This document shows, piece by piece, positions 1 to 9,033 of a DNA stretch of 64,000 bases. A program made the position numbers and the translations under genes. The DNA lies in the NCBI GenBank assembly GCA_963754875.1, contig CAVWHO010000016.1, positions 70,286-134,285 of the forward strand, in the 5' to 3' direction. The notes below the pieces were generated by a model. That model was not told the origin of the DNA. It did no database searches and saw only the letters and a list, made by a program, of their open reading frames with translations. The stretch's first letter is position 1. Each line of letters begins with the position of its first letter. This DNA is from Nitrospirota bacterium (GTDB lineage: Bacteria > Nitrospirota > UBA9217).

Positions 1-889
1 CTATGTGCCGGCCGATGAGTTCCGCCTCAGCATAACCCAGCAACGTGCAGGCAGCGGCGTTCAGCCTCATGATCGTACCTTCGGGCGAAACCACGATCAG
101 TGTATCCAGCATGCTCGCAATGATGTTGTCGACATAATCCCGGGAAACCGTGGTCCTCTTGAGGTCCTCGGTCATCTGATTAAAGCCGTCAACCAGCATC
201 TGCAGTTCCCCCACTGTCTTGACCGTGACATGAGTGGAAAGATCGCCTTTTGCAACCCGCGCAGCGGCATGACCAAGTTCTATGATCGGATCTAATATTG
301 TCTTTTTTGAAGTAATAAACAGCACCCAACCAAGCACTATTGCTACCATAAGATTGAGCGTAACGACAAAGAGTGCTGTTTTCACGATCTGTTTACTGAT
401 ATTATGCTCCGACATGCCGATAGATACTTTGCCCAGAATGTCCGTGCCGATCATGATGGGAACAGAGATCTCTCTGACAGCAACGTGCTTTTTGATGGTT
501 TCGATAATGTCCGAAAGTTCGCTGTCTCTTGACAACATCGGGAGGATTTCTTTAAGCCCCGGCCACTTAAAGTTAACACTCTCAAATTGGGTGGTAAGAA
601 TTTTCCCGTTGTTGTCCTGGATAATCGTATAGATGATTTCTTCATCGGTAATCAATTCGCTGTAAACAGTACTCAGTTGGGTGCCGCCATTCATGATTAA
701 GGCGTTTTCGTTGCGTTTGGCTATGTTGGTCGCGAAACTGAGCCCCTTGCTCGTCAAAGCGTTTTCGAGTGTTGTTCCTACATTGAGTGCAATGACAGCG
801 CTCAGCACACAGGTGCCGACAAAAAGGATGACAGATATGTCCTTTAAGAATTTATATCGGATGCTTTTCTTAAAACCCTTTTTGAACAT
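1..889 (-). CDS. Membrane sensor protein, N-terminal part (TM helix, HAMP domain, start of a PAS domain); the 3' end runs off the window start
   Basis: Reverse-strand translation from the ATG at 889-887 gives MFKKGFKKSIRYKFLKDISVILFVGTCVLSAVIAL... (TM), then IVKTALFVVTLNLMVAIVLGWVLFI...GHAAARVAKGDLSTHVTVKTVGELQMLVDGFNQMTEDLKRTT (HAMP-like), then DYVDNIIASMLDTLIVVSPEGTIMRLNAAACTLLGYAEAELIGRH (PAS start). It is absent from the ORF track because no stop falls inside the window. An alternative in-frame start lies at 905. Confidence 0.55.
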   Translation of the reverse strand, partial: MFKKGFKKSIRYKFLKDISVILFVGTCVLSAVIALNVGTTLENALTSKGLSFATNIAKRNENALIMNGGTQLSTVYSELITDEEIIYTIIQDNNGKILTTQFESVNFKWPGLKEILPMLSRDSELSDIIETIKKHVAVREISVPIMIGTDILGKVSIGMSEHNISKQIVKTALFVVTLNLMVAIVLGWVLFITSKKTILDPIIELGHAAARVAKGDLSTHVTVKTVGELQMLVDGFNQMTEDLKRTTVSRDYVDNIIASMLDTLIVVSPEGTIMRLNAAACTLLGYAEAELIGRHI

Positions 890-938
890 GCTGCATTTCC
901 CCATGCCGACTATGGTTTTCGCAGTCGGCTCCACATTG

Positions 939-2327
939 CTATTCTATGGTCCTTGTTACTTTTTTCATAAAGTCAGCAGGAATCTGAAACTGGCCGGCGT
1001 TTGCCGACCTCATGTTGAGAATCAAGTCTAATTTTTTCTGAACTCCTATGGGAAGAGAGGATGGCTTTGCGCCGTTCAAAATCATTGCTGCCTTCCTTCC
1101 CGCCAGACGACCTACGCGATAGGAATTTGCGCATACCCCGAGGAGCGCCCCCTTCTCTGCCAGGTCATCGAGGTGGGTTATGGTGATCACTTTTGCTTTA
1201 TTCGCTATCGTTGCAATTATTGGAGCTGTCTCTCCGACAATACTGCTGCCCGTAAGATAGATTGCATCTGCGGTATGTACGACCTCCGGCAAAATCTGGC
1301 CCACTTCCTCTTTGTTGGTCAAAGGTACCGCGACGATCTTTATTTCAGCACCGGTTTGAAGCCCCTGCAGTTCTTTCAGTTGTGACTCTGAGTTTTTCTC
1401 GCCGGGAGTAAAAAGCACCGCCAGTCTCTTGAACGGCCCAAGTTCCTGCAGCCTTTGCATGAGGACCGACAAGGGGAACCGATTACTGGCACCGGTACTG
1501 TTGTTGCCTGAACTCTTCCAATTCCTGGTTATTCCTGCCTCTACAGGGTCATAAACCATGCTGAAGACTACCGGCACGTCTTTAATCTCTCTCGTGACCG
1601 CAGTGGTGGCAAGGGTGCCTAAGGTAACGATCAAATCCAATTTTGCTGCGGCCAATTTCGACACCTGTTCCGCCGCCCTTACATGACTGCCCTGCGCGTT
1701 TTCTATGATGAATGTTACTGCCGGTTTTTTATAACCGTCTCGCTCAAGCTGGTCCATAATGCCTTTCAGGGACTCGTCGTAACGGGTCTGTTCAAAAGAC
1801 ACAAGGATGCCTATTCTTTTCTCCGCCCATGGCTGGGCTTCTTTCCCGTATACGCCACAGCCTATCCAGATATTGTCGTCGATTTTTTTCACATAGGTCA
1901 TTTTTGCTTCGATCTTCTTTGTTACCGGGTTTGTCCATTTATAGACAGGGGACCAGCCGCTCCCTTTTTTAGATGCAATATCGATATGCCCCCTTATGTT
2001 ATATCTGCCGTCCGCATCCTGCCAGTCAAAGAGATTTTTCCCTACCAGCTTGGGGTTGTCCCCTTGCGCCAGACAAACGCCATGAAAATCGTAGGCGAAT
2101 ATATAAAGGTCCCTGTCTTTAAACGCGCCTTTCTTTTCAATTCCGGCGCGCGTGATCTCCGCCAGGGTCCTCTCTTTACCGTACTTTTTGAACCAATACG
2201 CAGCCTTTTCGACCAAGGCTTGTGCCTCTTCTTTTGTGCCCTGCTCGCTTTTTTGTTTGGCAAAGACAAAATTCACAGACCCTATCAAGAAAAGACTCGC
2301 CACAAGGGCTGCCAGTATCTTTTTCAT
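939..2327 (-). CDS. Periplasmic protein: signal peptide, Cache-like domain, then an ABC-type substrate-binding domain (COG2984 or ABC_sub_bind-like)
   Basis: 462-aa ORF. N-terminal MKKILAALVASLFLIGSVNFVFA signal. The segment YDFHGVCLAQGDNPKLVGKNLFDWQDADGRYNIRGHIDIASKKGSGWSPVYKWTNPVTKK...WIGCGVY resembles a single-Cache fold. The C-terminal half (VAVLFTPGEKNSESQLKELQ...ITHLDDLAEKGALLGVCANSYRVGRLAGRKAAMIL) resembles periplasmic ABC binding proteins. It lies directly downstream of a kinase and response regulator on the same strand. Confidence 0.6.
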   Translation of the reverse strand: MKKILAALVASLFLIGSVNFVFAKQKSEQGTKEEAQALVEKAAYWFKKYGKERTLAEITRAGIEKKGAFKDRDLYIFAYDFHGVCLAQGDNPKLVGKNLFDWQDADGRYNIRGHIDIASKKGSGWSPVYKWTNPVTKKIEAKMTYVKKIDDNIWIGCGVYGKEAQPWAEKRIGILVSFEQTRYDESLKGIMDQLERDGYKKPAVTFIIENAQGSHVRAAEQVSKLAAAKLDLIVTLGTLATTAVTREIKDVPVVFSMVYDPVEAGITRNWKSSGNNSTGASNRFPLSVLMQRLQELGPFKRLAVLFTPGEKNSESQLKELQGLQTGAEIKIVAVPLTNKEEVGQILPEVVHTADAIYLTGSSIVGETAPIIATIANKAKVITITHLDDLAEKGALLGVCANSYRVGRLAGRKAAMILNGAKPSSLPIGVQKKLDLILNMRSANAGQFQIPADFMKKVTRTIE

Positions 2328-2447
2328 CTTCTTGCCACCTTTTTATAAGACATTTTCAAGCACCGCGTCCTGTCTGCTGATCCTTGTTCCTTATCCATAA
2401 ATCACGCTGAATCTGCACTGTTCTTTTTCTTCTTCAGGGAGCGTCGA

Positions 2448-4694
2448 TCACCCTGTCTTCTCCTGCAGCGGCCCGTAAGAATGATGGTCCCGGGGGATGA
2501 CGAAGCTGAAGGTGCTGCCCACCCCCTCCTCGGAATCGCACCAGATCCGGCCCCCGTGCAGGCGGACGAGGGCCCGCACGAAGGCAAGACCCACCCCTTC
2601 GCCCGGCACGTCCAGTTGCCCCAGACGGCGGAAAATGTTGAAGAGTTTCGGCAGATCGTCCCGGCTGATACCGCGGCCGTTGTCCCGGACACGGTAGATC
2701 ACCCCGGTCGGAGTCCGTTCACCGCTGATTTCTATTCTTCCGGGCCGACCGCTGTCCAGGTATTTTACCGCATTGTCCAAAAGATTTCCCATTATCTGGT
2801 TCAGTGCCGTTCTGTCCGCCGTCACGTCCGGAAGGGAATTGACGATCACTGCAGCGTTCTTCTCCCGGGTTTGACAAGCAAGGCCGCGTATCGAGGACGC
2901 CACCAGGTCTTTCATGGAGATCGTCTCCGGTCTCAGTTCACGGTAGCCGATCTGTGACAGTTTTAGTAAAGCGTCGATGATACTCGCCATGCGTTCTACC
3001 GACGACCCGACAAAACCTGCTGCCGCCTGGATGTCATCCTCAAAAAGGGCGGCAAGACGTTTCCGGGCATAACCGGGAAGGTATTCAGCATTTCGATCGA
3101 CGATAGCCTGGATATCCTGGAGTGAGCGGACAATCTCGTCGGTAAAGCCCTTGATGTTCACCAGCGGCTGGCGGAGGTCATGGGCCGCGCTGTAGATGAA
3201 GGACTTAAGCTCAGCGTTGCTGTCCTGCAGTTCCTCTGAATAGTTCTTAAGCTGCTCCTCAGCCTGCTTGCGCTCTGAGACACTTCGAAAACTCCACACC
3301 CTGCCTACGCTCTTGCCTTCCAAACGGTGTGGGATGGAGTAGCGTTCGAAAATCCGTCCGTCCTTGAATTGGACCTCATCGAAGTCTTCGGCATACGGAT
3401 GATCATACAGCTCTCTGACCTTATTAACAAAAGACTCCGGATTCTTTAGCTGGCTGAGGACGTGCTGAAGAAGCCGATCATCATCCTTTTGCTCCATGAG
3501 ATCTGGAGGAATACCCCAAAGCTCCGTGAACTTGTTGTTAAAGTCGACAACTTTTCCCTGGCTGTTGACGACAAGTATTCCGTCCGCAGTGGATTCCAGC
3601 GTGGCCCGCTTTAGGGAGAGAGATTCCCTAAGTCGCTCCTCAGCCTGCTTGCGTTCGGTGATATCATGGGCTATATAGACAGTTCCCACAAACGAGCGGT
3701 CCCGGTCATCCATTGCCGGTGATGCGGATACGCTGACGTCAAACCGCCTTCCGTTCCTACCGTACCAAGTCATCTCGTGGGAAACTGCGCGCTCTCCGGC
3801 ATCGACGGTGGCTTTGAATTCGGCAAGAACGGGAAGAATCAAAACAAGATCGCTGTCGATAAGCTCCGTTTTTTGATAACCGAGCATCTCCTGGGCAGTA
3901 CGGTTGATAACCCGGATCCTGCCTTCAAGGTCTACGACGATCACGGCACCTTGCATGGTTTCAAGGACCTGTTTGGTTACCAACTCCGGCGTAATGTCTA
4001 CCAGCCGGTAGCGGAGGATGATGTATGCCATGCTCACGACGAAGATAGAAACAGGGATATAACCGAAAGCATAGAGGGGAATACCCAGCGCCGGGAGAAT
4101 GTCGATCGCACCCAGGTATCCGCTGCCGAAGGTCAGGATCATGGCTCTGAGTCTTTTCTTATGCAATTCCGTCGTACTTCGCCGGTATTCCTTCCAGAAG
4201 AGTCGAAGGCTGAACACCATCATGCAGACGAGATACGCCATGGCGAAAACGGCAAAGGGGCCGTACCGGGGATAGTATCCCCAGGAATAATGGTACAATC
4301 CCGATATATACTCATCGCCCGTATAGACGCCGCAGGCGAACAGGAAAGAGAGCAGCAGGCCGGCCCGAAGCACGATGCGAAACTGTTGTCTCCTCTGGAT
4401 GATCGCAAGCGTCAAGGCGATGATGCCGGCGGGGATGAAGACGACGCCCGCTTGCGCGGCCCTGATCCACCACAAGGCCTGGGTTTGATCGATACTCGCG
4501 TAGTCCGCACCATAGGCAAGAAGCCAGGTGCTGATGCACAGCGCAAGAAACAAAAACGTGAGGCCTAGATACGATCCGTGCTCCCGGATCATGACAAAAA
4601 GTCCAAGAGCCGCAATCGAGCCCCCCACCAGCAAAAGGGGGACGGCATAGATCGTGAGCGTGTAGTTGTCCGGATTCAGGACCTGCAGTATCAT
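2448..4694 (-). CDS. Sensor histidine kinase (N-terminal 7TM region, two PAS domains, HisKA, HATPase_c)
   Basis: 748 aa. The N-terminus is very hydrophobic with several helices, typical of 7TMR-DISM-type receptors. PAS-like segments follow (e.g. ETMQGAVIVVDLEGRIRVINRTAQEMLGY). The phospho-acceptor box is SFIYSAAHDLRQPLVNIKGF. The ATPase motifs LLDNAVKY...DNGRGI...GEGVGLAFV close the protein. Confidence 0.85.
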   Translation of the reverse strand: MILQVLNPDNYTLTIYAVPLLLVGGSIAALGLFVMIREHGSYLGLTFLFLALCISTWLLAYGADYASIDQTQALWWIRAAQAGVVFIPAGIIALTLAIIQRRQQFRIVLRAGLLLSFLFACGVYTGDEYISGLYHYSWGYYPRYGPFAVFAMAYLVCMMVFSLRLFWKEYRRSTTELHKKRLRAMILTFGSGYLGAIDILPALGIPLYAFGYIPVSIFVVSMAYIILRYRLVDITPELVTKQVLETMQGAVIVVDLEGRIRVINRTAQEMLGYQKTELIDSDLVLILPVLAEFKATVDAGERAVSHEMTWYGRNGRRFDVSVSASPAMDDRDRSFVGTVYIAHDITERKQAEERLRESLSLKRATLESTADGILVVNSQGKVVDFNNKFTELWGIPPDLMEQKDDDRLLQHVLSQLKNPESFVNKVRELYDHPYAEDFDEVQFKDGRIFERYSIPHRLEGKSVGRVWSFRSVSERKQAEEQLKNYSEELQDSNAELKSFIYSAAHDLRQPLVNIKGFTDEIVRSLQDIQAIVDRNAEYLPGYARKRLAALFEDDIQAAAGFVGSSVERMASIIDALLKLSQIGYRELRPETISMKDLVASSIRGLACQTREKNAAVIVNSLPDVTADRTALNQIMGNLLDNAVKYLDSGRPGRIEISGERTPTGVIYRVRDNGRGISRDDLPKLFNIFRRLGQLDVPGEGVGLAFVRALVRLHGGRIWCDSEEGVGSTFSFVIPRDHHSYGPLQEKTG

Positions 4695-4739
4695 GCCTTC
4701 CCCATCGCCTTCTTGCCCGGAAGAATTCTCATCAAGATA

Positions 4740-5183
4740 TCAGCACTTCTCCGGAACCTTGACGACCGCAAGAAACAGGCCGAGCCTCCGGATTGCCTCG
4801 CTAAACTTGTCGTACTCCACCGGTTTCGTAACATATGCATTACACCCCAGTTCGTAGCATCGCGAGACCTCGTGCGGCGTATCGGTGGTTGTGAGCATCA
4901 CGACCGGGATCTGTTTGGTACGATCGTCGTTCTTAATAATCGTGAGCACCTGAAAACCGTCCAGGACCGGGAGGTTCAAATCGAGCAGGATGAGGTGCGG
5001 TGCTGTGTGCTCGTCCCCGCTGTAGCTGCCCTGCTTGAAAAGAAAATCAACGGCCTTCCGCCCGTCGTCAAGCGTAATGATGTCATTAACGATCCCTGCT
5101 CTTCGAAGGTTCCTTTCGATGAGGAGAGCATGGCCTTTATCGTCCTCGACCAGAAGGAATGTTACGGGTTGATGTTTTTCCAT
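4740..5183 (-). CDS. Single-domain response regulator (CheY-like receiver)
   Basis: 147 aa. VTFLLVEDDKGHALLIERNLRRAG...HLILLDLNLPVLDGFQVL...TKP has the receiver signature: DD pair, phospho-acceptor Asp in LLDLNLP, and a conserved K. It sits 46 bp upstream of the kinase on the same strand. Confidence 0.8.
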   Translation of the reverse strand: MEKHQPVTFLLVEDDKGHALLIERNLRRAGIVNDIITLDDGRKAVDFLFKQGSYSGDEHTAPHLILLDLNLPVLDGFQVLTIIKNDDRTKQIPVVMLTTTDTPHEVSRCYELGCNAYVTKPVEYDKFSEAIRRLGLFLAVVKVPEKC

Positions 5184-5682
5184 GTTTAGTTTTTTTCCTC
5201 TCCGTCCGAGTTACGCTTTGCGCGAGACGCGGTCCGGCACCGTCGATGTGAACGTCGTTCCATCCCCGGCAGTGGATGGATACTGGAGGAGACTTTCGCG
5301 CAAGGGGACGCATCAGGACCAACCGCAGCCTTCTCGGGCAGTGAGGCGGCTACTTCGGCACCGGGTCGAAAAGCCGGTGCGCCCCAGGACGAAAGCATGC
5401 AAACCAGGGAGCCCCTCCGGCAGGAGCCGGGGGATTGCACGTCGTGGGATTCAAAACCGCTGTTGTTTCAATGTCTCGGCCAGACAGTCCTTGATGGGTG
5501 AATAAGCACGCTGACGGAAATCATGGAGACCACGCTGTACGGACGACAAGCGACGTCAACTGCATTTACGCGCACGGCCCATCATTACCGTTACGCTCAA
5601 AAACCCGGCAATGTACATTTTTTATCGGCATTTCATGCAAAATCTTTATGGATTTTTTTGTAGTTCAGCGCAGGTAACGGTC

Positions 5683-7008
5683 TCACGGCGACCAGGCCGG
5701 CGACGTATAGTTTGCATCATTTGGCGTTATTCGCTCGACGTCGGTGCCGTCCGCATTCATGATATAGAGGTTGAATTTTCCTTCGCGGTTCGAGCTGAAA
5801 ATAATCTGCCTGCCCGAGGGCGACCAGGAGGGGTTTTCATCGCTGCCCGGGCCGTTCGTAAGGATGCGGAAATCCGAACCGTCGGGGTTCACCGTCGCGA
5901 TCTTGAACAGGCCATGGACCTGTGAGGCGAACACGATCCGGTCTCCCCGCGATGACCAGTTTGGAGATGCATTGTAGCTTCCTTCAAACGTGACCCTGCG
6001 GACATCGGTCCCATCGGTGCCCATGATATACACCTGAGGCGTGCCTGCCTTGCCGGACGTAAAGGCGATCTCCCTGCCGTTTGGCGCCCACGTAGGAGAC
6101 ACATTGTCCGACGCCCCGTAAGTGAGACGCTCCAGGTCGTTTCCGTTCCGGCTCATGGTGTAGATTTCCGTGCCGCTGTCCTTGGTCAAGGCCAGCGCAA
6201 GACGCTTCCCATCCGGCGACCACGCCGGGGATATGTTCAAGCCTTCGGTACCGGACATTTTCCACCGTTTGCCGGTTTCCATGTCAAGTCCATAGAGATC
6301 GGGGTTCTTGTCGCGGTAGGATACGTAGGCGAGCACCTTGCCGTCCGGACTCCAGGCCGGTGACAGACAGATGGAGCGGTCCGCCGTGATTCGCAACGGG
6401 CTCTGGCCGTCGTAGTCCATGACGTATAGTTCTTTGAATCGAGTCTTGTCCGACACATAGGCGATATGGGTCCGTGCAATGCCACGCTCGCCCGTGTACC
6501 GGGACACAATCTCGTCGGCGAAGCTATGGACCATGCGCCGAAAGGTTTCTTCATTGCCAAAATACTCCTTGTTCGTGATGCGCATTCCCGATGCGGCATC
6601 AAAGAGCTTTCCCTGCAGCACGAGGTCCTTGTTTTTTCTCTTGAGATTGACCCAGACCACGCCGCTCAAGCCGAAGGTGCCGCCGCGCTTGATCACGTCC
6701 ACTGGCGGCTCGGTCTTGCCCGCGTAAACTACGTCCAACTTTTTCGGGTCCATGACGTCGAATATCTGGGAGCGCCTCAGATCGGCCTGCAGGACGTCGA
6801 GGGCCAGGGCGCGGAGCGCGGGCGAGCCTGCTTCATCGTTCACATCGAGCACTGCGATCGGGATCTTCTTGCTCTCTCCCTGAACGACTCCGAGGTAATA
6901 CTGAGCAGACACGGGTGCGCCCGTGAGAACGCAGAGCAGTATGAGCACTATGAGACGTTTTATCATGAGTAATGAGTAGAGGTCATGGACCAATGGCGTA
7001 CGCATCAA
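5683..7008 (-). CDS. tolB: TolB periplasmic beta-propeller protein
   Basis: 441 aa with a signal peptide and the TolB N-domain. Repeated WD40-like PD40 units follow (SPAWSPDGKVLAYVS..., ISPAWSPDGKRLA..., VSPTWAPNGREIAFTS..., ASPNWSSRGDRIVFAS..., ENPSWSPSGRQIIFSS...). It lies downstream of tolQ, tolR and tolA. Confidence 0.9.
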   Translation of the reverse strand: MMRTPLVHDLYSLLMIKRLIVLILLCVLTGAPVSAQYYLGVVQGESKKIPIAVLDVNDEAGSPALRALALDVLQADLRRSQIFDVMDPKKLDVVYAGKTEPPVDVIKRGGTFGLSGVVWVNLKRKNKDLVLQGKLFDAASGMRITNKEYFGNEETFRRMVHSFADEIVSRYTGERGIARTHIAYVSDKTRFKELYVMDYDGQSPLRITADRSICLSPAWSPDGKVLAYVSYRDKNPDLYGLDMETGKRWKMSGTEGLNISPAWSPDGKRLALALTKDSGTEIYTMSRNGNDLERLTYGASDNVSPTWAPNGREIAFTSGKAGTPQVYIMGTDGTDVRRVTFEGSYNASPNWSSRGDRIVFASQVHGLFKIATVNPDGSDFRILTNGPGSDENPSWSPSGRQIIFSSNREGKFNLYIMNADGTDVERITPNDANYTSPAWSP

Positions 7009-7053
7009 AAAAACATGCCCGATATACGCTTGACCGTGTACCTTGATTGATCG

Positions 7054-7797
7054 TTATTCCGCCATCAGATCGACGCTGAACTCCAGTGACTGCTTTCCAA
7101 ACTCTTCCGGCAACGGTGGAAAGGGGTTCGACGACTGTATTGCCCGTATCGCCGCCTGCATAAACATTGTAGCTCCGCTTGAGTGATCCCCGTCGATGTT
7201 CACATTCAATACCCAACCTGATCGGTTAATTGCAAATATGACCCTGGCCTTGGCATCCTTAGCGTCCGGCGGAGGTCTCCAATTCTGTCCTATCTTATCG
7301 CGGACTTGAGTGAGATACCAGGAATATTTAAATTCCTCCTGCGGTGTTGTTACTGCGACGTTTTCAGTCTTGGCCGTTGACTTCTGCAGCTGCCCCTCGG
7401 CCGCTTCTGAAGGTTTTATTTCTTCAGGTTTCTGTTTCTGTTTCTGTTTCTGTTTCTGTTTCTGTTGGGAGAACTCCGGCATAGCGGCTTTTTTTGCGGT
7501 TGTTCTGGCCGCCTTGGGCGCTGCCTTTTTTGCCTTTTTGGGTTCCGCCTTCCTTTCTTCCTTCGGCGGAGGAGGAAGCGGAGCAGTCTGCTGGACCGGC
7601 GTCGGCGGCGTGGTCTCCGCCGGCAATCCCACAAGCTTTACGTTATAGAGCGGAGGGACATACACTTTTGGGGACACTGCCATATAGAGGAAGAGCGCGG
7701 CGGCAATGATGGCGGCATGGATGAAAAAAGAAAAGAAGACCGCAAGCGCCAGTTCGTAGCCTGACTGCCCGATCCTCTTCCCGGAAAGCAGTTTCAT
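7054..7797 (-). CDS. tolA: TolA (TonB-family) protein with Pro-rich and Lys/Gln-rich linker and a TonB_C-like C-terminal domain
   Basis: 247 aa. It has an N-terminal TM anchor, a PPTPVQQTAPLPPPPKEERKAEPKKAKKAAPK linker with a (QK)7 run, and a C-terminal YLTQVRDKIGQNWRPP...RVIFAINRSGWVLNVNI...MFMQAAIRAIQSSNPFPPLP TonB_C/TolA-III-like fold. Its position between tolR and tolB supports the TolA call. Confidence 0.7.
   Translation of the reverse strand: MKLLSGKRIGQSGYELALAVFFSFFIHAAIIAAALFLYMAVSPKVYVPPLYNVKLVGLPAETTPPTPVQQTAPLPPPPKEERKAEPKKAKKAAPKAARTTAKKAAMPEFSQQKQKQKQKQKQKPEEIKPSEAAEGQLQKSTAKTENVAVTTPQEEFKYSWYLTQVRDKIGQNWRPPPDAKDAKARVIFAINRSGWVLNVNIDGDHSSGATMFMQAAIRAIQSSNPFPPLPEEFGKQSLEFSVDLMAE
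7428..7467. repeat. Hexanucleotide tandem repeat (TTTCTG, about 6.5 copies; CAGAAA on the coding strand), encoding (QK)n inside tolA
   Basis: Direct reading: gtttctgtttctgtttctgtttctgtttctgtttctgtt. Confidence 0.9.
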
Positions 7798-8213
7798 TTA
7801 CCGGTCTCGCCCCCGGACGAGGCTTCGGTCACCATCCCGAGTCGGTCGATGCCCGCCCGTTTCACTACGTCCATCACCTGCACTACGGCGCCGTAGGGCG
7901 CGTCTTTGTCCGCCCGGAGATACACATTGATGAGCGGCTTGGTTTTACGAATAGCGTCAAGCACGTCTTTCAGTTTTGCAACGCTCACCCGTTCTTTTTC
8001 AACGAAGACCTCCTGGTCACGGGTGACCGTCAGCACGATGCGGTCCTCGGGCTTGACGGTGTTGGCCTCGGACTTGGGAAGGTTCACATCCAGCCCCCTG
8101 CTCATCATGGGGGAGACGATCATATAGAAGAAAAGGATCGTCAGCAGCACGTCGATGAGCGGCACGAGGTTCAACTCGCGGATAATATGCCGTTCCCGCC
8201 GTTCGAAGCTCAT
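7794..8213 (-). CDS. tolR: TolR/ExbD biopolymer transport protein
   Basis: 139 aa. NLVPLIDVLLTILFFYMIV...VNLP is the ExbD/TolR signature. It overlaps tolQ by 4 bp. Confidence 0.85.
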   Translation of the reverse strand: MSFERRERHIIRELNLVPLIDVLLTILFFYMIVSPMMSRGLDVNLPKSEANTVKPEDRIVLTVTRDQEVFVEKERVSVAKLKDVLDAIRKTKPLINVYLRADKDAPYGAVVQVMDVVKRAGIDRLGMVTEASSGGETGK

Positions 8214-8926
8214 GACTTCCTCCGGAGGAGGTTCCGCTCGAGATAGCTCAGAAACTCCATGGAAAATGAATCACACCGGATCGCAATATCGCGGATTTTA
8301 TCGGCGAAATAATTGTAGGCGATGATCGCGGGAATCGCCACGAACAGTCCCGAGACAGTGTTGATCAGCGCCGCCGCAAGACCCGGGGCCAGTGCCCCGA
8401 TATCGCCTGCACCCTTGAGACCGATACCGTAAAAAGCGTCCATGATTCCCCAGACAGTTCCGAACAGTCCCAGGAGCGGCCCCACGGTCCCTGTAGTGCC
8501 CAGAAACGCAAGATAGCGCTCCATGTACACGATCTCGTCCTGCGTCGTGATCTTGAGCGAGCGCTCGATTTCCTGGGAGATGAGCGGCCGTTCGTCATCG
8601 GTCACCAAGCCATCGGGGAGGGTCTTGATGATGGACTCGGCTTCGCGGTACCCCTCGACAAAGAGCGTCGCCAGGGGGCTGAACTTCTTCGTTTCCGCGT
8701 ACTTCAAAAGATCATGAATATTTTTGGTCTTCCGGTAAGTCTGAAGGAAGGAATGGGATTCCTTCTCTGCTCTTCGCAGGAATTGATACTTGAGCAGGAT
8801 CATGGCCCAGGACACAACGGAAAAGCCCATCAGGATGAACACGATCCCCTTGCCGACCCATCCGGTCTCGCCGAAGAGACCGAGCACTCCCGTGCCCAAA
8901 CCGGGCATTGCTGCTATTGCGAGCAT
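8210..8926 (-). CDS. tolQ: TolQ/ExbB (MotA/TolQ/ExbB proton-channel family)
   Basis: 238 aa with three TM helices. The motif LATIASTAPFLGLFGTVWGIM is present as LGTTGTVGPLLGLFGTVWGIMDAF. Confidence 0.85.
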   Translation of the reverse strand: MLAIAAMPGLGTGVLGLFGETGWVGKGIVFILMGFSVVSWAMILLKYQFLRRAEKESHSFLQTYRKTKNIHDLLKYAETKKFSPLATLFVEGYREAESIIKTLPDGLVTDDERPLISQEIERSLKITTQDEIVYMERYLAFLGTTGTVGPLLGLFGTVWGIMDAFYGIGLKGAGDIGALAPGLAAALINTVSGLFVAIPAIIAYNYFADKIRDIAIRCDSFSMEFLSYLERNLLRRKS

Positions 8927-8956
8927 GTATAATACCTCCGTCAGTCAATTGTAAAT

Positions 8957-9021
8957 TGAAGATTAGAAATTTTAAATTTCGAGGCCTTACAACTACGATC
9001 TAAAATTTCTAATCTTCAATT
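8957..9021. promoter_or_regulatory. Perfect 21-bp inverted repeat (aattgaagattagaaatttta, 23-bp spacer, taaaatttctaatcttcaatt) in the AT-rich gap just upstream of tolQ
   Basis: Read directly from the sequence. It sits between the 3' end of the moeA-PBP gene and the tolQ start. It could be an operator, a terminator hairpin, or both. Confidence 0.5.
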
Positions 9022-9033
9022 TCCAATACCCCG

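Noticed and set aside
5184-5682. Looked for pal, and for RNase P, tmRNA, SRP or 6S RNA signatures, in the gap after tolB.
   Set aside because: No OmpA-like ORF in any frame. None of the hallmark conserved strings of these RNAs were found by eye. It is kept only as an unexplained gap in the findings.
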